A stretch of 32,000 nt of DNA from Nitrosomonas europaea (GCF_900167395.1 NZ_FUWK01000033.1:864-32863); one strand, 5' to 3'; positions 8,801 through 15,563 are shown, counted from the first letter of the stretch. The notes: generated from the sequence alone by a model not told the origin. Program-made: numbers and translations.

Positions 8801-9412
8801 TATGCCGGTCTCTATGGAGGCACCCAATGGGGCGATCTGGGCTTGCGTCTTGGTTTGTTGCATGGCGAGCATGACATCGACACCCGGCGCACGGTTGCCG
8901 TCCCCGGTCTTTCCGGAACTTTGCGCAGTACTCATGGTGCGAGTACGACCCAGGCTTTCGGAGAGCTGGCTCACACCCTCCATTTTGGCATTGTGCGCTA
9001 TGAGCCATTTGCTAACCTCGCCCATATTCACACACGTTCGAACAGGTTTACCGAAACCGGGGGCAGTATGGCTCTGGCCGGCCGACGCAGCACGATGTCT
9101 GCGACTGTCATGACGCTGGGCCAACGCATCGAAGCTGCACATGTTTTCCGCGGGACAGGCATCAGAACCGTTGGCATGATCGGTTGGCAGCATGTTTGGG
9201 GTGATGTGATTCCGCGTTCGACCCATCGCTTTTCCATGGGTGATCCCTTTACCATCGCCGGTACGCCACTCGCACGCAACAATCTGCTGGTCGAGGGCGG
9301 GTTCGAATTGTCACTGGGCAGGCGTGCGGCGATTGGTGCCAGCTATACCGGCCGCTTCGCACATAACGGGCATGATCATGCCGCTACTGCAGTGCTGCGC
9401 ATCGGTTTCTGA
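5813..9412 (+). CDS. Type Va autotransporter: Sec signal, repeat-rich beta-helical passenger, PATR-type repeats, C-terminal beta-barrel.
   Basis: Signal peptide MKFSTILTFLSGTTFVYPAAFAQ. About 10 modules of GTLT(I/V)xDGGxV...VSGAGSxW. GNGALNHYSGTTILTGDNTYSGSTMIAGGVLQLGNGGTSG is a PATR-like repeat. The last ~300 aa show alternating beta-strand patterns and end ...AVLRIGF (terminal aromatic). Confidence 0.9.
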   Translation: MKFSTILTFLSGTTFVYPAAFAQSIIASGNILPGIPAPPLALWQPANLRVGVNAAGTLSITDGGMVAGPGQALLGSAVGSSGTVMVSGNDSLFSTVLQMHVGSSGTGTLKIEDRGTANIGTFLYIGRFIGSDGLVTVSGAGSRLTNGNMMQVGSEGTGALIIEDGATVNSTNVTRIGWSSTGIGTAIVQGSGSSWTTNNSMSVGFGGSGRLLIVDGGAVSNVEGFVGRETGSTGEVTVSGAGSSWSNSAALEIGSFGMGELMVEDGGALSNTDGRIGREAGAIGTVTIKDAGSTWSNTGTLYIGDLGKGTLTVADGGKANIVASFVIGRQAGAEGLVTLSGAGSSLINTSSTQVGGAGKGTLIVENGGVGQSNNLSVGVSSGSTGSVAVRGADSRWIAGSILTIGASGHGTLTIEDGGSVTSTLTTIGSNTSGLGEATVSGADSTWTNSGALIVGALGNGTLTVSDGGMVSNATAGIGVGTGRQGVALVSGAGARWINSGDLTVGTNGSATLTVADGGHVSVGGGNGIVHVAEAATANGVVNIGAAAGSAPVGAGTLGAAEVRFGDGTGRLNFNHTDSAYLFSPVITGNGALNHYSGTTILTGDNTYSGSTMIAGGVLQLGNGGTSGSVTSDIQIDSTGTLRIDRSNDWTYAGILSGTGVFDQLGTGTTMLTGNSAAFNGTTTVTNGRLIVGMGGAGTLGGMVNVLDGATLGGSGTVGSAGADVTILGGGVHAPGNSVGVQTIAGNYVNYGTLRIDGTPAGTDMLIVQGGVDITGATLDLQLSPPVASGWNIINGPFTIIDKQSAGAVAGSFGAVNNNLLFLDPYVNYAGGDGNDITLDFVRNDVAFASVALTPNQIATGRGIGTLPYGHPIWNTIALMSDEVAVRRSFDFLSGEIHATASSVLLEESRFPRRAVNDRLRSAFDTNTDTAFWAHGYGAWAGWQSDGNAASLKRDTGGLLLGLDGQLGNWRTGVMTGRSWTGVTVADRASTAEAGTWYAGLYGGTQWGDLGLRLGLLHGEHDIDTRRTVAVPGLSGTLRSTHGASTTQAFGELAHTLHFGIVRYEPFANLAHIHTRSNRFTETGGSMALAGRRSTMSATVMTLGQRIEAAHVFRGTGIRTVGMIGWQHVWGDVIPRSTHRFSMGDPFTIAGTPLARNNLLVEGGFELSLGRRAAIGASYTGRFAHNGHDHAATAVLRIGF
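5975..7400 (+). repeat. In-frame degenerate tandem repeat, period about 150 nt (about 50 aa), 9-10 copies, inside the autotransporter passenger.
   Basis: V(T/A)VSGAGS(S/R)W-type anchors recur 9 times and GTLT(V/I)xDGG anchors 10 times. I counted 50 and 51 aa between consecutive anchors. Confidence 0.8.
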
Positions 9413-9489
9413 CGATTAGCGACGATAATATGTGCTTTTTTAGCAAGCGATCTGTTGTCACCGCTCGTCATTAGTTTTTGCGCAATTCT

Positions 9490-10953
9490 TCAGAGAACGG
9501 GCGGCATCATGCCGCGATGAAATATCCATGCAACCCCGTAAGCAATCGGGGCAATGATGCCGAACAGCGCAATTGCATAGAGTAATGCCAACTTCCCCAT
9601 TCCTTTGAGCTTGCTGAAGTCAGTTATGATGCCGATGCTGATAAAGGTGAGCATGAACATCATGTTACGCATTGGCCCCTCGACTGCGGCAGCAGCTTTA
9701 TGCAAGGTTTCAGCGGCTTCTGATCCGCTGGAGGCGAGCATGATGTACGAAAACCAGACCAGGAGATAACCCAGTACAAATTTCGGGAACCGGTGCCAGA
9801 TTTCCATCAGTCCGATTTTGGACTGGCCGGGTTTGCGTTCTACTTTATATACCCACACCAGCGCCAGAACGAAGGCCCAGACACCGATAAACATATCGAT
9901 CCAGATTTTCGTGGTCAGTGATGCCATCAAAATCCAGCCTTCTTTCCATACGATGCCCAGGTTGGCCTCGGCATTGGCACGCATCAATTCATCCAGCATG
10001 GCTCCGGCAGCTGCATCGGCACCATCTGTCTTGACTGTCAGCCCCAGAGCGGAGCCGTTGACGATAGGCTGCTCCGGTGCTATTGCCGTATAAAACCCCG
10101 GCAGGATGATGAGTTCGAACATGGCGAAGATCACGACCAGAATCGAGACGAATGCCGGAAGTGCCGGGCGGGCACGAATGGCACCGGCGGTGGCGATGGC
10201 AGCCGATATGCCGCAGATGGAAATGCCGGAAGAAAGGACCGCTGCGGCATCACGTGATAAATGGAATACTCTGCGGCCAAGCGCATAGACGATCGGCCAG
10301 AACAGCATATAGGCGACAAAAGTAGCCGCAACCCCGGTCATGACCAGTTCTGTAATGAAACCGGCTGCTTCGATGGACATGACGCCGATTTTGATACCCA
10401 GGAATACGATTGCCGTTTTGATGAACCATTCCGGTTTTGCTGCTTCGTTGAGAAATCTGGCGGTATTTTTGAAGAAATTGCCGATGACGAGCCCGACCAG
10501 CAACGCCAGCAGGTAAGAAAAACCGCTGCCGAGAGACAATCCCCAGGACAGGCCATATTTGTCCATTTCATAGACAGAGGCTTTGAAATGAGCTTCATTG
10601 CCGATGATCCAGATGACCCAGGTCATGATGAAAAGAATGGTCCAACCGATAAAAAACTGTTTCAGGTCAAATTTCATCGACCATGCTGCCAGACAGGTCA
10701 GGGCGGTAAATACCAGATAAGTCACCAGTAACGACAATGCCGGATGCCATTCCGGCTTGCCACTGGATTTCAGTACGCCTTCGATGGAAAATTTTTCCCA
10801 TACCCAGGTGTCGGGTTTGGCCATCCAGCCGGTCAGCTCCCATCCCCAGAGTGAACTGACGCTCGCCATGAACATGATCAATCCCAGCCAGACTGCCCAC
10901 CAGTCTTCCGTTCTGGCCATACCTGAATACCATTTGTCATTCATTGCATTCAT
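9490..10953 (-). CDS. Polytopic membrane transporter, YeiH/UPF0324 (putative sulfate exporter) family-like.
   Basis: 487 aa with more than 10 hydrophobic segments. LSSGISICGISAAIATAGAI resembles the G-x-x-ICG-x-SA motif of the family. SD GAGGAA lies 11 nt upstream of the ATG. Longer than typical family members (~350 aa). Confidence 0.6.
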   Translation of the reverse strand: MNAMNDKWYSGMARTEDWWAVWLGLIMFMASVSSLWGWELTGWMAKPDTWVWEKFSIEGVLKSSGKPEWHPALSLLVTYLVFTALTCLAAWSMKFDLKQFFIGWTILFIMTWVIWIIGNEAHFKASVYEMDKYGLSWGLSLGSGFSYLLALLVGLVIGNFFKNTARFLNEAAKPEWFIKTAIVFLGIKIGVMSIEAAGFITELVMTGVAATFVAYMLFWPIVYALGRRVFHLSRDAAAVLSSGISICGISAAIATAGAIRARPALPAFVSILVVIFAMFELIILPGFYTAIAPEQPIVNGSALGLTVKTDGADAAAGAMLDELMRANAEANLGIVWKEGWILMASLTTKIWIDMFIGVWAFVLALVWVYKVERKPGQSKIGLMEIWHRFPKFVLGYLLVWFSYIMLASSGSEAAETLHKAAAAVEGPMRNMMFMLTFISIGIITDFSKLKGMGKLALLYAIALFGIIAPIAYGVAWIFHRGMMPPVL

Positions 10954-10974
10954 TTCTTGCTTGTTTCCTCGTTT

Positions 10975-11253
10975 TTATTGCACCACTGATACAGGTGATT
11001 TCAAGTCCAGACGGATGTAACGGTTGAAGTAATGGTAGGCGTATTGGCGTATCCAGGCGGGAATGCAGCTATGATCGAAAATCATGAATACTGTCACGCA
11101 GCTATTTTCCGGAAATAATTGCCTGTCCAGCAGATACCGGATCAGAGCCTGATCCAGTTCCGCCAGGGTTTGTCCGCAAGCTTCGAAGTCCTGATGGTAT
11201 GCGATCCATTTGATCCCATCATGTATCAACCGAACTTCCAGATCAGCTTTCAT
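10975..11253 (-). CDS. Hypothetical 92-aa protein with weak HicB/DUF1902-like fold resemblance.
   Basis: MKADLEVRLIHDGIKWIAYHQDFEACGQTLAELDQALIRYL. Its ATG (11253-11251) overlaps the stop (11252-11250) of the upstream small ORF as ATGA. Start trimmed from the 120-aa track ORF. Confidence 0.45.
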   Translation of the reverse strand: MKADLEVRLIHDGIKWIAYHQDFEACGQTLAELDQALIRYLLDRQLFPENSCVTVFMIFDHSCIPAWIRQYAYHYFNRYIRLDLKSPVSVVQ

Positions 11254-11465
11254 TTTTGTCCCGGAAGGAGGAACCAGTCCACCAGAATACCCAGAATGAC
11301 CAGTGCCGCGATACCGATTCCTATACTCCACAGGCACAGGCTGGTTTCCCAGCTTTCCCAGGGCTCGGGCTCTCCCAGCACGGACTGATCGGGTAATAAT
11401 CTGCTCATGTCATTTTCGAGAGACTGGCTGTAGGTCTCGTTATCTGCATCATTGGGTGTCGTCAT
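11250..11465 (-). CDS. Small (71 aa) acidic protein with a single C-terminal TM helix.
   Basis: ...EPEPWESWETSLCLWSIGIGIAALVILGILVDWFLLPGQK. The ATG at 11465 is preferred over the GTG at 11477. It is translationally coupled to the next ORF. Weak SD. Confidence 0.4.
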   Translation of the reverse strand: MTTPNDADNETYSQSLENDMSRLLPDQSVLGEPEPWESWETSLCLWSIGIGIAALVILGILVDWFLLPGQK

Positions 11466-11698
11466 CGTCGTTCTCACATAGAAAGAGAAAGTATTCCTTT
11501 TCAGAAGGATTCATTTCATTCACATTTGGTCGAGGCAGGCTTCCGGATTTTCCGGGAAGGATGTCATCCTATCCCGCATGATCGGCGTTTGATTCGCACA
11601 ATACGTATCTCGCACTGGCCAAAGATGTAGGGCGAAGTTACCTTTCAACCTTATCATAAATAATCTCGTATCCGGAAACGAAAGAAGCTTGTTTATGG

Positions 11699-11749
11699 AT
11701 CATCCTGTTTCTAAAGCAGTGCAGCTGAATGAGGCTGAAACAGGATGAT
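11699..11749. repeat. 13-bp perfect inverted repeat (ATCATCCTGTTTC / GAAACAGGATGAT) with a 25-nt loop.
   Basis: Arms at 11699-11711 and 11737-11749, read directly. It lies in the long intergenic region. Confidence 0.5.
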
Positions 11750-11856
11750 GACCCTCTGATAGTAGCGTATTACATGAAAATACGAACAAAGTCGGGTGGA
11801 ACCGGAATTTATTCCAATTGATTACCGGAGAAGTTTGTTTAGTCCGGGATGGGTTG

Positions 11857-11886
11857 TTGACAATGATTCTCATTATCTGCTATTTT
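11857..11886 (+). promoter_or_regulatory. Sigma70-type promoter (TTGACA-18 nt-TATTTT) with an embedded near-consensus Fur box.
   Basis: GACAATGATTCTCATTATC (11859-11877) matches the E. coli Fur consensus GATAATGATAATCATTATC at 16 of 19 positions. The -35 TTGACA is at 11857-11862 and the -10 TATTTT at 11881-11886. Confidence 0.6.
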
Positions 11887-12108
11887 TCGAAAAAATCGGA
11901 TTTGCATATAAATGTTTCTTGTTGCAGCCGGCTGATTGGCTGACAGTTTCAAATTTCCGATAAATATTTTTTCACGGCCGGGAAAGCATTCTCTGGTTTT
12001 CTACCCGGCCGACGCTTTCTGCCAGCTTTCGCCTGTTTTTTGCCAAGCCAGCCTCGTATTTCGATATTGCCAGCCAGACCCTGTTTTCGGTCCGCCAGCC
12101 CTTGGGTG

Positions 12109-12378
12109 GGAACCTCTGCACGAATCCCACATGGCCGCACACTGTGTTTTGCGGATGGAATGCAAGGCGAGTGAGGTAGTGAATGGTGACCCCTTCACGA
12201 CGAACTCAACGCTGCAGTCCGTCTGCAAAATCAGTGCCCTCAGGGTTGTGGCAAAATCACGCGCTCGCTGTGTCGTGCGCCTCGGCATCGTAGAATAACT
12301 ACGACCTTCGTTGCGCTCCTTGCGATCATCATGATTTTGCCCGCAATGCGGTTCATGGAGGATTCGTGCAGAGGTTCC
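12109..12378. mobile_element. 270-bp MITE-like element bounded by perfect 19-bp terminal inverted repeats.
   Basis: GGAACCTCTGCACGAATCC at 12109-12127 and its exact reverse complement at 12360-12378. Imperfect complementarity (CATG..CCGCA) extends about 12 nt inward. Nested internal hairpins. No convincing ORF. No obvious target-site duplication. Confidence 0.45.
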
Positions 12379-12434
12379 TTAAAAATCCGTCAGTACATGT
12401 CGTGCTGTCAGTTTAATTTCAGGAGCGTAATCGT

Positions 12435-13133
12435 ATGTTGTCTTTATGCAGAATCATCATCAGTCTCTTGCTGGTCGGCTTGAGTGGTCAGGCTGCTGCC
12501 GATATTTCCAACAGCCCGAATCCTTATGATGCCGGGTATGGTTTCGATACACCGGATGAGGCCGGCTGGGGTGGCTGGATGCGAGGTGGTGCAAGTACGC
12601 TTTATGCCGAGTGGGATACCATTTCCGATGCCAGTTATGGTGGTAGTGGTGATCGGACAGCTGCGCCTGATATAGGTACCCATAACGTGGCTGATGCTTA
12701 TCTTAGTTGGAACCCGGGTGTTTTTGTCACCAGCACGGGTAATCTCATTACCCCTAGTGTAGTGCAAGAATTCTTCATTCGTATATCGCCCGTATCTTTG
12801 TTCAGCGGCCCGCTCGTCGTTGCATTGCAGGTCGAGATGTGGGGAGATGAGCCTGCTGCGCCTCTGCTCAATGGTCTTGCTGCATCCAGCTGGACCAGGA
12901 CTTTCACGGGCACTTCCGTGACCGATCATGATTTGAACCAGTATCTTGGGCTGTGGTATTTTGCCAACACGGTAAATCATTTCGAGTTTGATCTTACAAA
13001 TCAACCGTTTATATCGCTTGCGCAAGTGGCGGTGGATATCGCCCAGGTATCGGAACCGTACATGCTGGCTATCATGCTGACTGGCCTGATTCTGATTGGA
13101 TCGATGACACGGTACCGCAGCAGACCAATCTGA
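12435..13133 (+). CDS. Secreted PEP-CTERM-type sorting-signal protein (SEP variant); N-terminal domain of unknown function.
   Basis: SD AGGAG lies 8 nt upstream. Signal peptide MLSLCRIIISLLLVGLSGQAAA. The C-terminus VSEP-YMLAIMLTGLILIGSMT-RYRSR has the motif, TM helix and basic cluster. Confidence 0.75.
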   Translation: MLSLCRIIISLLLVGLSGQAAADISNSPNPYDAGYGFDTPDEAGWGGWMRGGASTLYAEWDTISDASYGGSGDRTAAPDIGTHNVADAYLSWNPGVFVTSTGNLITPSVVQEFFIRISPVSLFSGPLVVALQVEMWGDEPAAPLLNGLAASSWTRTFTGTSVTDHDLNQYLGLWYFANTVNHFEFDLTNQPFISLAQVAVDIAQVSEPYMLAIMLTGLILIGSMTRYRSRPI

Positions 13134-13195
13134 GGAGCAAAGTCTGCGTGATGTTCCGGATTCCATGACGTATGCCACCCGGATGACATATAGTG

Positions 13196-13218
13196 GCTGA
13201 TTCTTACTTTGAATCAGC
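13196..13218 (+). promoter_or_regulatory. Leader hairpin (8-bp stem GCTGATTC/GAATCAGC, 7-nt loop) abutting the pyrC SD.
   Basis: Read directly. The GAGG SD at 13219-13222 follows immediately and the TTG start is at 13230. Confidence 0.4.
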
Positions 13219-13229
13219 GAGGCAACAAA

Positions 13230-14279
13230 TTGAACGACACAGCAGACAAGCTGACTTTTACCCGTCCGGATGACTGGCACCTGCATTTGCGTGACGGTAA
13301 CGCCATGCGGTCGGTGTTGCCCGATACCGCCCGGCGTTTTGCGCGCGCCATCATCATGCCGAACCTCAAGCCGCCCATCGTGACGACTGAACAGGCAGCT
13401 GCCTATCGTGTCCGTATTCTGTCTGCTTTACCGGCTGAGCTGGCCGGGCGGTTCGAGCCGCTGATGACGCTATACCTGACGGATACGACATCACCCGAAG
13501 AAATTACTCGGGCTCAGGCAAGTGGTATCGTGCAAGGTATCAAGCTCTACCCTGCTGGAGCGACCACACATTCCGATGCGGGTGTCACGGATATTGCACG
13601 CTGCGAGGCTACGCTGGAGAAGATGGAAGAGCTCGACATGCCTTTACTCGTGCATGGAGAAGTGGTCGATCCTGCAGTGGATGTTTTCGACCGGGAAAAA
13701 ATTTTCATTGACCGGGTACTGACGCCGCTACTGCAACGCTTTCCCGGGCTGCGAGTGGTATTCGAACATATCACTACCAGAGAGGCAGTCGAGTTTGTGC
13801 AGACGGCTCCAAACCGGATTGCTGCCACGATTACCGCACACCACCTGATGCTGAACCGGAATGCCCTGTTTACCGGCGGATTGCGTCCGCATCATTACTG
13901 TTTGCCGGTACTGAAACGGGAAATACATCGTCAGGCACTGCTGGAAGCAGCGACCAGCGGTCATTCCAGATTCTTCCTTGGTACCGACAGCGCACCACAT
14001 CCGGTCAGAGACAAAGAATCAGCCTGTGGGTGTGCGGGTATTTACAGTGCTCATGCAGCCATCGAATTTTATGCCGAGGTATTCGAACAGGCTGGCCGGC
14101 TCGATCGACTGGAGGCTTTTACCAGCTTTCACGGCCCCGATTTCTATGGTTTACCACGTAATACCGATCGGATTTCCCTGATCAGGGAAAGCTGGCAGAT
14201 TCCGGAGCAGGTCGAATTGGGTGAAGAAAAATTGATCCCCCTCAGAGCAGGGGAACACGCTCGCTGGAAACTGGCATGA
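13230..14279 (+). CDS. pyrC: Dihydroorotase, class II (E. coli PyrC type).
   Basis: FTRPDDWHLHLRDG matches E. coli RRPDDWHLHLRDG. 349 aa. There is no in-frame ATG. The TTG at 13230 has a GAGG SD. The track's TTG at 13209 lies in the hairpin loop and has no SD. Confidence 0.92.
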   Translation: MNDTADKLTFTRPDDWHLHLRDGNAMRSVLPDTARRFARAIIMPNLKPPIVTTEQAAAYRVRILSALPAELAGRFEPLMTLYLTDTTSPEEITRAQASGIVQGIKLYPAGATTHSDAGVTDIARCEATLEKMEELDMPLLVHGEVVDPAVDVFDREKIFIDRVLTPLLQRFPGLRVVFEHITTREAVEFVQTAPNRIAATITAHHLMLNRNALFTGGLRPHHYCLPVLKREIHRQALLEAATSGHSRFFLGTDSAPHPVRDKESACGCAGIYSAHAAIEFYAEVFEQAGRLDRLEAFTSFHGPDFYGLPRNTDRISLIRESWQIPEQVELGEEKLIPLRAGEHARWKLA

Positions 14280-14306
14280 ACCACTGTCGACCGGATACCG
14301 GGAAGA

Positions 14307-15563
14307 TCAACGGAAGGTGAGTGTGGCTTTGGTGCCACCGGATTCCAGACTGTCGATATCCAGGCGCCAGCCCAGATGAGCGCATGCCCGGGCGATCAGT
14401 TCGAGCCCAATGCCACCGGCTGCAGCGGAGCCAGCACGTGCAAGCTGTGTATAAATACGACTGCGTTCGCTTTCTGAAACACCATGCCCGGAATCCTGAA
14501 CGGTGACACCGGAACCGGTGGTGATCACACGAATCGTACCGTGCTCGCTGTTTTCAATCGCATTGCGGACAAGATTGCCGATGGTGGCACTCACAATCTG
14601 GCGAGGAGCGTGGATTGAACAAGGGGGCGTTGTGATGATGTCGAAAGCCAGTTCCTTTGATCCGGCCAGCAGCCGATGATCCTGGACGATGGAGGGTACC
14701 AGCTCAGCCAGGTCGACCAGTTCCATCATCGACTGCAGGCGTGCAGGGTCTCTGGCAAGAGCGAGGAGAAGTGTGACCAGATTCTGCATTTCGTGAGCCG
14801 TTGCCAGGATGCGGCGCAGGTGTGCTTCGGTTGAATGCGGTGATACCAGGGGGTCGAGTGCCACCTCGGCGGTACTGACGACCACGGCAAGCGGGGTGCG
14901 CAATTCGTGACTGGCCATGCGGATGAATTTGCGCTCGCGCTCCACGAAATCGTCGATCTGCACGAGATAGGAATTGAGCCTTTCAGCGATGACCTGGGCT
15001 TCTTTCGGGGCATGTGGTTCAATTTGTACACGCTGTCCGTTCTGATCGGGTGACAATTCTGCAATTGCTCGTGCAAGGCTGTTCAGCGGTCGTACCAGTC
15101 GTCTGGCACCGAAAATCGTAACCAGAACGAGGATACATACCAGTACAGCAGCGGATCCGAGAATCATCCAGATGAGCTGCCGTTCCACTCTTTCTATGTT
15201 CGTAATGTCCAGTGTCATCACACTGCGATCCGGGCCGATACCACTCGCCAGCACGACGAATTGTTTCTTTTCGACAGATATTCCGTCATGAACTCCTGCT
15301 GGCAGATCGAATTCTGCAGGAATGGGTGTATCGCTGCCTTTTCCAAAGAGTCGCAGCAGCTCCGTGTCATCCCATCGGTAACCGGCTTCGGTGCGCTGGC
15401 ATTCCAGGAAGTATTCGAACTCACTCCGCAGCAGTGACTCCCAGATAAGGTGTTCCACATTTTTGATCACGGTCACGCCGTAGGTTGCTATCCCGAGTGA
15501 AAGCAGCAGTGTGTACGCCAGCATTCCGAGCATGATCTGTCGTCGCAGGCTTTTGGTCGCCAT
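14307..15563 (-). CDS. Sensor histidine kinase (two TM helices, HAMP, HisKA, HATPase_c).
   Basis: H-box FIRMASHELRTPLAVV. N-box NLVRNAIENS. G-boxes QDSGHGV and GGIGLELI. The ATG at 15563 overlaps the response-regulator stop by 1 nt (TGATG). Confidence 0.9.
   Translation of the reverse strand: MATKSLRRQIMLGMLAYTLLLSLGIATYGVTVIKNVEHLIWESLLRSEFEYFLECQRTEAGYRWDDTELLRLFGKGSDTPIPAEFDLPAGVHDGISVEKKQFVVLASGIGPDRSVMTLDITNIERVERQLIWMILGSAAVLVCILVLVTIFGARRLVRPLNSLARAIAELSPDQNGQRVQIEPHAPKEAQVIAERLNSYLVQIDDFVERERKFIRMASHELRTPLAVVVSTAEVALDPLVSPHSTEAHLRRILATAHEMQNLVTLLLALARDPARLQSMMELVDLAELVPSIVQDHRLLAGSKELAFDIITTPPCSIHAPRQIVSATIGNLVRNAIENSEHGTIRVITTGSGVTVQDSGHGVSESERSRIYTQLARAGSAAAGGIGLELIARACAHLGWRLDIDSLESGGTKATLTFR

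Noticed and set aside
6715-9226. Long minus-strand ORFs (226 aa at 6715-7395, 492 aa at 7748-9226, and several shorter ones).
   Set aside because: They are antisense to the GC-rich autotransporter gene. Their Pro/Arg/Ala-rich low-complexity translations are typical of spurious open frames in high-GC3 coding DNA.
9297-9310. GGTTCGAAT T-loop-like string (also GGATTCGAATCC near 3140) considered as a tRNA.
   Set aside because: Both lie inside well-supported CDSs, and no acceptor or anticodon stems can be drawn around them.
10261-10731. 156-aa + strand ORF.
   Set aside because: It is antisense to the membrane transporter gene, and its charged low-complexity product has no motif.
11936-12298. 120-aa + ORF and 95-aa - ORF (12001-12288) in the long intergenic region.
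   Set aside because: The 120-aa + ORF has a TTG start without an SD. Both ORFs cross the 19-bp TIR boundary and the nested hairpins, and their translations are Cys/Pro/Arg-rich with no motif. The region is better explained as non-coding repeat or structured DNA.
12444-13286. 280-aa minus-strand ORF.
   Set aside because: It is antisense to the PEP-CTERM gene, which has an SD, a signal peptide and a sorting signal. It also runs across the intergenic hairpin into the pyrC 5' end.
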